Source: Myxococcota bacterium (lineage in GTDB: Bacteria; Myxococcota_A; UBA9160; JAFDDA01). Taken from it: 64,000 bases of DNA. Within the stretch, counting starts at the first letter, position 1, and each line of letters begins with the position of its first letter. The stretch is taken from NCBI GenBank assembly GCA_965228475.1, contig OZ245817.1, positions 2,880,001 through 2,944,000 on the forward strand, given 5' to 3'. Both the position numbers and the translations under genes were made by a program. The notes below the pieces were generated by a model. The model did no database searches, was not told where the DNA came from, and saw nothing but the letters and a program-made list of their open reading frames with translations. Positions 38,570 through 47,818 of the stretch are shown in pieces.

Positions 38570-39210
38570 GCTTCGGGGATCGCATCGACGCGTCCACGCT
38601 GACCGTGCTGCTCGACGTGCGCCAGCCGCTCGCGTACCTGGCGCTCGGGCCCGCGGCGGCTTTCGGCGACGAGCGCGGCGTCGCGATCAACTGGCTCCCC
38701 TTCGCGGTACCGCCGCTTCGCGCGCCGAGCGAGCCCGGCCCGGACGACGACCGCAGCACCCGCCACCGCCGAAACCGAGCGCGAATGATCGCGCGGGAGA
38801 TCGAGACCTACGCCGCAGCGCAGGGGCTCACGCTACGCGAGTACTACCGGGACGGCGGAGCGACCGCCGTCGAGCTCGGTTGGCTCTGGATGCGTGAGCA
38901 CGCACCGCGGCAGCTCGTTCCCTTCCTCTCGGAGGTGTTCCGGGCCTACTGGGCCGTCGAGCTCGACCCGGAGGACATCGCTGCCGTCGCGCGCGTGGTC
39001 GGCGCGGAAGGCGGCGACGCCGACGCCTTCGCCGCATGGGCCGCCGAAGACGGGCCGGAGCACACGCGCCGCCTTCGGGAAGCGCTGCGCGAGCGCGGCG
39101 TCAGCGGAGCACCGAGCTACCTCGTCGAGGGCGAATACTTTCAGGGGAGGCAGCACCTCCCGATGATCGGCTGGATCCTCGACGGCCGGAACGGCCCGGG
39201 ACCGATCTGA
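38566..39210 (+). CDS. DsbA-fold HCCA isomerase-like protein, second paralogue
   Basis: LLDVRQPLAYLA, WLPF, GVSGAPSY....FQGRQHLP; GTGA overlap. Confidence 0.78.
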   Translation: MSFGDRIDASTLTVLLDVRQPLAYLALGPAAAFGDERGVAINWLPFAVPPLRAPSEPGPDDDRSTRHRRNRARMIAREIETYAAAQGLTLREYYRDGGATAVELGWLWMREHAPRQLVPFLSEVFRAYWAVELDPEDIAAVARVVGAEGGDADAFAAWAAEDGPEHTRRLREALRERGVSGAPSYLVEGEYFQGRQHLPMIGWILDGRNGPGPI

Positions 39211-39316
39211 TCGACCGGGGATATAGGCCCTTCGCGAAGTTCCCACCGGGCCGCCATCCGGGGCGATCGCGAGTCGCGCGAGCTCGTGGGCTTCGTGCGC
39301 CGGCCACACCAGAGGC

Positions 39317-40381
39317 TCACCCCCAGGAGAGAACCGCCGCCCGCTGCGGCGGGACGCCGCCGGCCACCACCCGCCCGTACGCGGCCTCGATGGCCTCCGG
39401 CCCGGCACCCGGCTCGATCTCCAACCAACCCGCCGCCCAGGCCGCGAAGGGATGCCAGGCGTCCGCGAACCTTCGGTGATAGGCCTCGAGCCCCTCCTCG
39501 GCGGCACGCTCCTCGGCCAGGTTCGGGATGAAGAAGAACCGGGGCGAAGGCCCAGGCATCGGGAGCGGCTCCGCGGACGGCGCGCGATGCGTGGCACCGA
39601 GCAGGACGGAGTCGACGAGCCTGTCACCGAGGGCCACGTGGGCCGCGGAAGTCGCGGCGGCGTTCCCCGCGATGTCGACGTAGGCGGTGCGACTCGGGGC
39701 GTCGATGGAGCCGAGCGAGTCGTACGTCAGGACCTCGGAGTACGTGGCGAGGCCCTCGACGAACCCGCGGTGGGTTTCCGAGGTGATGCCGATGCACCGC
39801 GTCGGTGAGCCCAGCCGAGAAATCGACCCCGCGAGCGACAGTGCCGTCTTGCTCGAAGCACTCGAGACGTAGACCGCATCGACGGCACCCGCGAGTTCTT
39901 GCGCGAGCATCCAGCCCGTCATGAAGAGCGCCCACAGGACGGGCTGGACTTCGCTGCCCTCCGCCGTCGAGACGGGGTCGCCCGCGCACCGGTAGTAGCG
40001 GTTGTACCAGGGGTGGAGCGCCTCGCGGTGCGGGCTCGCATCCGAGAAGCAGAGTGGAGTCAACGAGCTCGGGGTGACCACGAGATGAGACGCCAGCGGC
40101 AGGAAGCCGAACACGCGCTCCCCCACCTCGAGCTCGGTCGCGCTTGCTGCGACGCGCCCGAACCCCCAGACGGGTACGCACCCCCACCCGTCTTCCGCCG
40201 GGAAGTAGGCCCAGTATCCCAGGGCGTCTCCCATGGCCGCGTAGCTCACGTTGTTCGCCGTCAGTCCGAAGCGCTCGACCTCGATCAAGGCCTGCCCCTC
40301 CCCGATCGGGGGCGGCGCGTTTCGGGAGCGCCTCTGCGTCTTGCCGAGCTCGGACTTGCTGACCCAGATCTCCTCGAACAC
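39317..40381 (-). CDS. DUF2855 family protein
   Basis: FGLTANNVSYA..G..LGYW.YFP, VPVWGFG, G.RVFGFLP, SSASSKTA, FFF.P. Confidence 0.82.
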   Translation of the reverse strand: MFEEIWVSKSELGKTQRRSRNAPPPIGEGQALIEVERFGLTANNVSYAAMGDALGYWAYFPAEDGWGCVPVWGFGRVAASATELEVGERVFGFLPLASHLVVTPSSLTPLCFSDASPHREALHPWYNRYYRCAGDPVSTAEGSEVQPVLWALFMTGWMLAQELAGAVDAVYVSSASSKTALSLAGSISRLGSPTRCIGITSETHRGFVEGLATYSEVLTYDSLGSIDAPSRTAYVDIAGNAAATSAAHVALGDRLVDSVLLGATHRAPSAEPLPMPGPSPRFFFIPNLAEERAAEEGLEAYHRRFADAWHPFAAWAAGWLEIEPGAGPEAIEAAYGRVVAGGVPPQRAAVLSWG

Positions 40382-40491
40382 GGCGACCCCTCCCTATCTC
40401 GCGAGACCCGCGGGCCCGGTCCGGCAAGATCCTCACGCGGCTATCGGATGGATGTAGAGTACCCGTCCAACTAGCAGGAAGGAGAGCGATC

Positions 40492-41049
40492 GTGACGGCC
40501 GACGAAAGATGGGGGCCGCTCGCGGCCTTGGCGGGGAAGTGGGAAGGGTCCGAGGGGCTCGACGTCGCGTTCTGCCACGCGGAGAACAAGGTGCTCGAGA
40601 CTCCCTTTCGGGAGGAGATCACGTTCGAGCCCTTCGGGCCGGTGGACAACGGATCCCAGCAGATGTTCGGCCTGGACTACCGCATGACGGCATGGCCGAA
40701 CGGAGAGGCCGAGCCCTTCCACATGGAGATCGGGTACTGGCTGTGGGAGCCGAAGGCCCAGGAGGTCTATCGCTGCTTCATGGTGCCGCGGACGACGACG
40801 CTGCTCGCGATGGGAAGTGCGGCGGCGGACAGCACCGCGTTCCGGCTCGAGGCGCGGAACGGTGAAACCACGAACGGCATCTTGTCGAATCCCTACCTGC
40901 AGAAGGCGGCGCGTTGCACGCGCTACTGGGTCGACGTGCGCATCGAGGGCGACGCGTTCTCCTACGAAGAGACCACCGAACTCCAGATGACGGGGCGCGA
41001 CGAACCGCTGGCCCATACGGATCGGAACCGGCTCACGCGCGTCGGCTAG
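40492..41049 (+). CDS. Nitrobindin/FABP-like heme-binding beta-barrel (DUF1794)
   Basis: WGPLAALAG.WEG..G.D, FH.E.GYWLWE, HTDRN.L C-terminal His. Confidence 0.8.
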   Translation: MTADERWGPLAALAGKWEGSEGLDVAFCHAENKVLETPFREEITFEPFGPVDNGSQQMFGLDYRMTAWPNGEAEPFHMEIGYWLWEPKAQEVYRCFMVPRTTTLLAMGSAAADSTAFRLEARNGETTNGILSNPYLQKAARCTRYWVDVRIEGDAFSYEETTELQMTGRDEPLAHTDRNRLTRVG

Positions 41050-42326
41050 CCGGCGTCGGACCGGCGGGCCCATTCCTCGAGGACGTCGCCCGCGCGTTCG
41101 AGGTAGCCCTCGCCCCGGACGAGTTCGCGATAGCCCGGGACGGCGCCCACCCACTTGCCCAACCGGACGTTCGGCGCATCGGTGAGGTACAGGGTGGCGA
41201 GTCCCATCAACGCGGGGCCGTCCATCCCCGCGGTGGTGACCCCCACCTGACCGACCAGACCGTGCGTTCGCCTCAGGTGCTCGAAGAGCTGGAGCTGGGC
41301 ACGCCGCATGTCGGCCCCTTGGAAGAGCGGGTCCTTCCAGAAGAGCGTGAGATCCACGGCGCCCGCCGGGACCGGCCCGTCGAGGGCGTCGCCCACGAAG
41401 ATCGGCGTCAGTCCGGCCGCGCCCGATCGCGCCGCGAGCTCGAGCAGCTCCTCCTCCGACGAGTTGCGCCACTTCTGATAGGCGCTGTGACGAACCCAGA
41501 CGAGGACCTTGCCGCGGAGCAGAGCGTCCCCCATCGCGCGATCGGCCCAGTCGACGATCCGCCGAGGGACCGGCCCGTCGCCGAGGAACGCGGCCCGGAG
41601 CTTCCGCTGCGAAGCGCGCGGATCGGCGCGGAAGGCCTGCGCCACGATCGCGGGGAGCTGTTTGTTCGCACGAGGGCGCGACCGTGGCGGGACCAGCCGC
41701 CCCCGGAGCCCGGCATCGTGGAGGAAGCGCTCCGCCTGGTGTGTCTGCGGTTGGTCGGGCTCGATCTGGATCGCGACGCCCGCGAGCACCGCCGCAGCTC
41801 CCAGATACCAACCCTCACCGAAGGAGAACCCCGGATCGGCGTGGAAGGTGTACGCGTCGTTGCGTTGGTCGACGATGCGTCGTGCATCTCGCGCCGCAGT
41901 CTCCGCCGCGCGCGAGGACTCCCACACAGCGGAGTCGTCCAACCGGGATACCAACTCCTTGGCTTGCCTTGCAGCCGCCTCGGCACCGGCCACGATGGCG
42001 TCGACCCGTCGCCAACCGTCGTCGCAGGCTTCCCGGGTCGGCGCGCGCTGAGCGCTCATCGAGAGCTGCCCCGCCCCGTAGCGGGCGTCAGCAGCACGAG
42101 CAGCGAGCGAGCGCACCAGGGTGCCGCGCGCGCATGCAATCGCCTCGGGCGTCGCGTCGGCTTTCGCAAGGGCGGCCCGCGCCAGCTCGATCGCCTGCAC
42201 GATCAGGCTTCGGTGGCTCTCGCGCCCGCCGGGCAACCCGACCCTGCGCAGCGCCTCCGCGAGAAGGTCCGCCGCACGACGCCCCAAGGCGTGCGCGTCG
42301 CCGGGGACGCGACTCGGAGAAGTCAT
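41046..42326 (-). CDS. Hypothetical protein (426 aa)
   Basis: Long ORF filling the space between two genes; helical N-terminal half and globular C-terminal half; no family recognised. Confidence 0.55.
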   Translation of the reverse strand: MTSPSRVPGDAHALGRRAADLLAEALRRVGLPGGRESHRSLIVQAIELARAALAKADATPEAIACARGTLVRSLAARAADARYGAGQLSMSAQRAPTREACDDGWRRVDAIVAGAEAAARQAKELVSRLDDSAVWESSRAAETAARDARRIVDQRNDAYTFHADPGFSFGEGWYLGAAAVLAGVAIQIEPDQPQTHQAERFLHDAGLRGRLVPPRSRPRANKQLPAIVAQAFRADPRASQRKLRAAFLGDGPVPRRIVDWADRAMGDALLRGKVLVWVRHSAYQKWRNSSEEELLELAARSGAAGLTPIFVGDALDGPVPAGAVDLTLFWKDPLFQGADMRRAQLQLFEHLRRTHGLVGQVGVTTAGMDGPALMGLATLYLTDAPNVRLGKWVGAVPGYRELVRGEGYLERAGDVLEEWARRSDAG

Positions 42327-42385
42327 CTCGCCCAAGCGAGTGGATGGCCAAGCATGAACCGAGCATAGCGGCGGGCGCCGCCGAC

Positions 42386-43483
42386 CTAACGCGTGGCGTC
42401 CTGGAACTCGAGGCCGACCCAGCGGACCTTCGGTGCGATGTACGCCACCCAGGCCCCGAGCGCGACGGCGACCGGCAGGGTCGGCAGCGCCCAGAACGCG
42501 AGCGCCCAGGCCCCGACGAAGCCGACGAGCTTCGCCATCGCCCACGGAATGAGCTCGGGGCGGATGAAGCCACGCGGGCGGAGGAACGAGCCGTTCGCCA
42601 CGAGCAGCGCGGCGAAGATCGGCCACGGAAAGCCCCTCGAATCGAGCGCCGGGGCGTCGTCGTGGGCCGCGTCGCCCGCGCCGGGCCCGGCGGCGAGCGC
42701 TTCTTCGACCCGCCCCCACACGTGCTCGGGCGTCGGACGCTCGAGCGCACCACCGACGTTCTTGTGGGTCGGCACGCTCCGCCAGCGGTAAAGGACGCGG
42801 CCTTCGCCGGACAGGGCGAGCACGCCCGGCTGGAAATAACCCTTCGGGTGCTGGGGCGCGTCCTTGCCGTAGTCCGCGGCGCTCCGCTCGAGGAACCCGA
42901 GGCGCCGGTTCACGAAGATCTCGAGCCACCCCCGCTCGTTGCAGACCGCGGAGATCTCCTGGTGCGGATCCCCGACGCACTCGAAGGGAAGATCCCATTC
43001 GCGCCGGGCGCGGTCGGCCAGGGCCTGCGGCTCACTGGTGACGGCGTAGACCTCGCCGCCCGCTGCGCGGATCGCTTCGACCGTTCCCGACTTCGCATAG
43101 CTTCGCAACTCGAAGCGACAGGGCGGTCACCAGAAGCCGCGATAGAACAGCACGACGCTGAAGGGGTGGCGGAGCGCAACGTCATCGAGCCACGCGCGCC
43201 GCGGACCGGGCGGCGGGTCGAGCTCGGCGACGCCGGCGGCCTCGGACGCGGCCCCGTCCCCGAGCCATTCGACCTGCGCCCCGTCGACGCGGAAGGTCTC
43301 TTGCCGGCACGTCCCTTCGCCGCACAGGACGAGGCGGAGATCCCGCTCGGCGCCCGGGGCAGCGGGCGGATCGACGATGCCCGTCACCTCGAACTCACCC
43401 GCGCCCCGTGCGTTGAACCAGGCCAGGGCCGCCTGGACGTCGCGCGCGAGGGGTTCGGGGATGCTGTCGAGAACCGTCGTCAC
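42386..43483 (-). CDS. Selenocysteine-containing AhpC/TSA (peroxiredoxin-like) protein, 365 aa, Sec at residue 119
   Basis: ORFs 43127-43483 and 42386-43108 are in frame: VVLFYRGFW-TGA-PPCRFEL gives UxxC. Downstream AhpC-like motifs AVTSEP, VGDP, QPGVLAL, RP; SECIS-like hairpin. Confidence 0.85.
43100..43116 (-). promoter_or_regulatory. Bacterial SECIS-like hairpin
   Basis: Ten nt after the UGA: GCUUCG-AGUUG-CGAAGC, a 6 bp perfect stem with G at loop position 2. Confidence 0.7.
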
Positions 43484-43511
43484 GAACGAGACCGTAGCCC
43501 AGCTCTCCCGG

Positions 43512-44492
43512 CTAGAGCCTGCCCGAGGCTCCCGGGCCAGCGCCCGCCGCGAGGTACCCGCCGTCGATCCACGCGGTCAGGACCTCCACGTACTCCTCGC
43601 CCGCGTCCTCGTGGGAGAAGTGCCCGGCGTCCTCGAACACGACGAGTCGGCTCGAAGGGAGGCGTTCGTGAAGGCGCTCGGCGTTCTCGGGAAGGACGAA
43701 GGCATCCGCGCCGCCCCAGGTGATCAGGACGGGCGTCTCGGTCTCGGGGAGCATCTCTCCGAGCGCGGTGAGTTCCCGTTCATAGGAGGCCAGGAAGGCG
43801 AGACCGAGGCGATGCGAAGCCGGATTGTGCGTGATGGCGTAGTACTCGGCGCGCGCGGCGGCCGAGGGCTCGGCGCTCGCGTAGCCCGTCTCCGTGGCGA
43901 TCTCGTAGGTCTGGCGCATGGCCGTTCCCGTGACCACGTTGCCCACGAGCCAGCGGTAGGCCCCCGAGCGGACCAGGCGGTCGAGCCCCGGGCCCATGGC
44001 CGGCGGGTAGTACCCCGGCCCGTTGAACACGTTCGCGCTCTGCACCCGGTCGCCGTGCTTCGCGGCAAGCCAGAGCGCGACCGGCGCCCCGACGTCGGGA
44101 CCCGCGACGTGGAAGGGGCCGATCCCGAACTCGTCCGCCATGCGAAGCACGACCTCCCCCGCCGCGGACGGAGACATCCTTTCTTCGGACCCCTCCGACA
44201 GGCCGAAGCCCGGCAGGTCGAGGGCCAGCAGGTCGTATCGCGCGGAGAGCGCCGGCCAGGCGGCGTCCCAGGCGCGGATCGATTGCGGGTAGGGCCCGAG
44301 CAGGACCAGGGAGGGCGCGCCGTCTCGCGTGCTTCGGCGGTACCGGATCTCCAATCCGTCGACGGTCGCCGTCGTCGCGGCCGCCCTCGCCTCTTCCCAG
44401 GACGGCCCGCCCTGTTCCTCTTTCGGGTTCGCACAGCCCAGAACGAGCACCGCCAGCAGCGGCGCGGATACCAGTGTGGCCTTCGTATTCAT
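43512..44492 (-). CDS. Alpha/beta hydrolase (Asp nucleophile, epoxide hydrolase-like), probable lipoprotein
   Basis: Lipobox VLGC, DLPGFGLS, GPDVG, WGGAD, AGHFSHED. Confidence 0.82.
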   Translation of the reverse strand: MNTKATLVSAPLLAVLVLGCANPKEEQGGPSWEEARAAATTATVDGLEIRYRRSTRDGAPSLVLLGPYPQSIRAWDAAWPALSARYDLLALDLPGFGLSEGSEERMSPSAAGEVVLRMADEFGIGPFHVAGPDVGAPVALWLAAKHGDRVQSANVFNGPGYYPPAMGPGLDRLVRSGAYRWLVGNVVTGTAMRQTYEIATETGYASAEPSAAARAEYYAITHNPASHRLGLAFLASYERELTALGEMLPETETPVLITWGGADAFVLPENAERLHERLPSSRLVVFEDAGHFSHEDAGEEYVEVLTAWIDGGYLAAGAGPGASGRL

Positions 44493-44510
44493 CGGAGCCC
44501 TCCTCGATTT

Positions 44511-44533
44511 GTTAGTCTTGATTATAGACTTAC
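44511..44533. promoter_or_regulatory. Candidate HxlR operator
   Basis: GTTAGTCT-N7-AGACTTAC, 8 bp arms with one mismatch, between the divergent hydrolase and HxlR genes. Confidence 0.5.
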
Positions 44534-44668
44534 TCGACCGAGGAGTGCAACCAACCTCCCTGAGCGTGTTTCGCTAGGCTTCAGAGCGCCTGGACCGAGG
44601 CCTGCAGATCCGCCACGCACGCGCTGTCGGTCTGGTTCCGAGACTCTCAGGACGGAAGGAAGCCAGCC

Positions 44669-45172
44669 ATGAAATGGAACGAGGTCGGCACCCAGGTCTG
44701 CTCGCTCGCGCGCAGCCTGTCCGTCGTCGGCGACCCCTGGACCCTCCTCTTCCTCCGGGAGGCCTTCGCCGGGACCACGAAGTTCGAGGATTTCCTCTCC
44801 GGGACGGGCGCGAGCCGGGCCATCGCCACGGAGCGCCTCGGTGGACTCGTCGCGCACGGGGTCCTCGAGCGGCGCGAGTACCTCGATGCGCCGCGGCGGT
44901 TCGAGTACCGGCTGACGCCGATGGGGCTCGAGCTCCTGCCCGTGGTGCTCTCGCTCGTGAAGTGGGGCGACGAGTGGCTCAGCGACGGCGGCCCGCCACC
45001 GGTAGAGCTCACCCACTCCGCGTGCGGCGGATCGGCCGGATACGAACTGCGCTGCAAGTCGTGCGGCGACCCCCTCGGCAATGAAGTCGCAGCGACCTAC
45101 CGGCCCGGAACCTGGGCCACCGGCCGAAAGACGACGAAGAAGCGCCTCCGGCCAGCCCGCGCCTCGCGCTAG
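44669..45172 (+). CDS. HxlR family winged-helix regulator
   Basis: CSLARSLSVVGDPWTLL.LRE, EYRLT..G.EL.PV...L..WGD; C-terminal H..CG...C..CG. Confidence 0.9.
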   Translation: MKWNEVGTQVCSLARSLSVVGDPWTLLFLREAFAGTTKFEDFLSGTGASRAIATERLGGLVAHGVLERREYLDAPRRFEYRLTPMGLELLPVVLSLVKWGDEWLSDGGPPPVELTHSACGGSAGYELRCKSCGDPLGNEVAATYRPGTWATGRKTTKKRLRPARASR

Positions 45173-45178
45173 CCCCGG

Positions 45179-46942
45179 CTAGCGGCCCGCGTCGATCGGA
45201 ATCACCGGCACCAGCAGGTGGGAGTCGTACGGACCGCCCGCGTGGAGGACGTGGGTGCCGCGGTTGATCGTCTTCTCGTGCGCCAGGGCGGGGTGAGCGT
45301 AGATGTCGCGACCCTGGACCACGACCTCGAGCACCTCGCCCGGCCCGAAGCGCGTACTGCTGGGGAGGATCTCGATCTCGACGGGCACGATCTCGCCATC
45401 GCCGAGCGGAAGGCTGCGCTCGTGCGCAAGGACGGGCTGGGCCGGCGTCGACCGGCCTGGGTCGAGCTCCCGCTGGGAGACGCGCAGCCAGCCAAGCGCG
45501 ACCGGCCCGCGCGAGTAGCCGGCCTTGGCGTAGAAGGTCTGCTCCTCGCCGCGCGCGTCGTACTTCTTCACGGCGACGAAGAGGTCCATGTCCCGGGCGC
45601 CCTCGGCCTCGACCCAGAGCTTGAGCTTCATGTTCCCGGTGATCTCGGTCTCCTCCTCGAAGGCCGTGCGAAAGACCGCCCTGCCCTCCCGCGCGCCGTA
45701 GCGGACGGCAGCGGCCGCCTCTGCCCGACGCGGCCCGAGCGACCCGGCGGTGGCGTCGAGATGGAGCGGTGTGTAGACGGTGGAAGGCAGCGGCCAATCG
45801 GCCTCCCCACGCACGGCGTACTCGTCGCGCGCGTTGCGAACCTCGAGCCGCACGCGGGGCCGGGCGTCGAACCCGTTCGCCTCGCCCTTCAGGAAGTGAT
45901 CGAAGAAGGCGGTCTGCATCTCGAGCGCCTCTTCGCTGTAGTAGACCGCCCACTTCGGTCGGCCGTGCGTGAAGAGCCATTTCTGCTCCGAAGCGATGCG
46001 CTTGAAACCTTCGAAGGAGCCGCGCGTGTGCATGCCGTGATCGGACCAGCTCGCGCAGATCAACGCGGGGACGGTGATCTCCTCGAGCGCGATGCCCGAG
46101 GGCGGCATGAAGCGCTCCTGGAGACGTTTCATGAGCATCGGCCGGACGCCGGCGAAGGACACCACCGAGGCGGGCGGAAGGTTCGCCTCGTTGGCTTTGC
46201 TGCGCACGCGGGTCAGCCAGAACTCGGTGAAGGCGGTCTCGGGGATGCCGCCATGGAAGAGCACCTCGCGGAAGTTGTCGCTCTGGCCTTCCCAGGGCGT
46301 GATCGCCTTGAGGTGTTCCGGCGCCCCGCTGCCCGCGACCCACTGCGCGATGGCGAGGTAGGACACGCCGGTCAGGCCGACGTTGCCGTTGCTCCAGTCC
46401 TGCGTCCCCGCCCAGGTGATGGCGTCGTGGAAGTCGTGCCGATCCTGCAGGCTGAGCACGGTCGCGACGCCGCCGGACTTCCCGTAGCCGCGCGCGTCGA
46501 GGGTGACCACGGCGTAGCCCTGCTGCACCCAGTAGGCCGGATCGGGGCCCTCCCAGGGCGTCCAGGGGCTGATCGCGAAGCGGCCCATGTCGAAGTCCGG
46601 CTTCAGCGCGTTACGCAGGTGGTCCGGGTAGCGCCGCGGCCCGTCGTCTTTGTGGTAGGCGGTGATCGTCATGACCACCGGGTACCGCCCGGGCGCCGTC
46701 GGGCGGAAGACGTTCGCCGAAAGGCGCGTCCCGTCGCGGGTCGTCACCGCGACGTCGCGTTCGATCGCGATCTCCTTCTCGAGCGCCGAGACGTCGAGAA
46801 CGCGGATCGGACTCCCGGGCGAGGCGAGCAGGTCCGAGATGTCCGAAGGCGGGTGAAGGGCCGGCCCGGTTCCGAAGACCAGGTAGAGGCCGAGTGCGGC
46901 CGCGCCCGCGACCAGCGCCAACCCCCATCTCATCCAACCCAT
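45179..46942 (-). CDS. CocE/NonD family hydrolase with N-terminal signal or anchor
   Basis: RDGTRLSANVFRP, DARGYGKS.G, WSNGNVG..GVSYLA, WSDHG.H, PepX-like C-terminal domain. Confidence 0.9.
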   Translation of the reverse strand: MGWMRWGLALVAGAAALGLYLVFGTGPALHPPSDISDLLASPGSPIRVLDVSALEKEIAIERDVAVTTRDGTRLSANVFRPTAPGRYPVVMTITAYHKDDGPRRYPDHLRNALKPDFDMGRFAISPWTPWEGPDPAYWVQQGYAVVTLDARGYGKSGGVATVLSLQDRHDFHDAITWAGTQDWSNGNVGLTGVSYLAIAQWVAGSGAPEHLKAITPWEGQSDNFREVLFHGGIPETAFTEFWLTRVRSKANEANLPPASVVSFAGVRPMLMKRLQERFMPPSGIALEEITVPALICASWSDHGMHTRGSFEGFKRIASEQKWLFTHGRPKWAVYYSEEALEMQTAFFDHFLKGEANGFDARPRVRLEVRNARDEYAVRGEADWPLPSTVYTPLHLDATAGSLGPRRAEAAAAVRYGAREGRAVFRTAFEEETEITGNMKLKLWVEAEGARDMDLFVAVKKYDARGEEQTFYAKAGYSRGPVALGWLRVSQRELDPGRSTPAQPVLAHERSLPLGDGEIVPVEIEILPSSTRFGPGEVLEVVVQGRDIYAHPALAHEKTINRGTHVLHAGGPYDSHLLVPVIPIDAGR

Positions 46943-46985
46943 GGTCCGCCCTCCTTCGCTGCGCCCTTGCGTGCGTACCGTTATC

Positions 46986-47001
46986 CGATACAACTGTATC
47001 G
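46986..47001. promoter_or_regulatory. Candidate IclR operator
   Basis: Perfect 7 bp arms CGATACA-ac-TGTATCG between the divergent CocE and IclR genes. Confidence 0.6.
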
Positions 47002-47028
47002 TATCATGGAACATGAGGAGCCGCCGCC

Positions 47029-47781
47029 ATTCCCGTCGCCACCCCGGAAAAGGCCCGTCGTGGCACCGGAATCCGCTCCATTGCCCGGGCCGCCGACGTG
47101 CTCCGCTCCCTCAAGGGCAGCGAGGGTCTCAGCCTCGGAGAGATCGCCGGACGGGTCGGTCTGCCGCGCTCGACGGTCCAGCGCCTCGTCGACGCCCTGA
47201 TCGCGGAGGGGCTGGTCGTGGCCTCCGCCGCCGAGGGCGGCCTGCGGCTGGGCCCGGAGATCCAGGCGCTCGCGGCGGCCGACCGGTCCGCCGTGCTCGA
47301 CGTGGTCCGCCCCTTCCTCGAGACGCTGTCCGCGAAGACGGGCGAGACCGTCGATCTCTCCGCCTTCCACGCAGATCACATGCTCTTCGTCGACCAGGTC
47401 GTGGGCACGCACCGGCTGCGCGCCGTCTCCGCCGTCGGCGAGCGCTTCCCGATGACGACGACGGCCAACGGCAAGGCCGCCCTCGCCCTGCTCGACGACG
47501 GGACCCTCGACGCCATCGCGACCCGCCAGCTCGCCGGGCGCAGGAAGGCGCTCCCCTCGTTTCGCGCGGAGATCGATCGCATCCGAAGCAGCGGCTACGC
47601 GCTCGATCTCGACGAACACAGCGAGGGGATCTCGGCCGTCGGTGCGGCCTTCCGCGCACCGACCGGGATGCTCTACGCGATCTCCATTCCGGTTCCCTCG
47701 GAGCGATTCGCTCGGAGCCGGGAAGGACTCGTCGAAGCGCTGCTGGGCACGATGGCTTCGCTTCGGGCAACGCTCGGCTGA
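47029..47781 (+). CDS. IclR family regulator (probable ATT start at 47029)
   Basis: GIRSIARAADVL, GLPRSTVQRLV, TGETVDL, TANGKA, GYALD.DEH..GISAV. GAGGAG RBS 8 nt before an in-frame ATT. Confidence 0.88.
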   Translation: MPVATPEKARRGTGIRSIARAADVLRSLKGSEGLSLGEIAGRVGLPRSTVQRLVDALIAEGLVVASAAEGGLRLGPEIQALAAADRSAVLDVVRPFLETLSAKTGETVDLSAFHADHMLFVDQVVGTHRLRAVSAVGERFPMTTTANGKAALALLDDGTLDAIATRQLAGRRKALPSFRAEIDRIRSSGYALDLDEHSEGISAVGAAFRAPTGMLYAISIPVPSERFARSREGLVEALLGTMASLRATLG

Positions 47782-47818
47782 GCTTCGCGGCCCCGCCCAC
47801 GCGCCAGCATCGGGAGCC

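Noticed and set aside
43109..43129. Pseudogene or two-gene reading of the AhpC-like locus
   Set aside because: The stop is UGA exactly at the redox Cys position of a CxxC motif and is followed by a SECIS-like hairpin, so Sec recoding is the simpler explanation.
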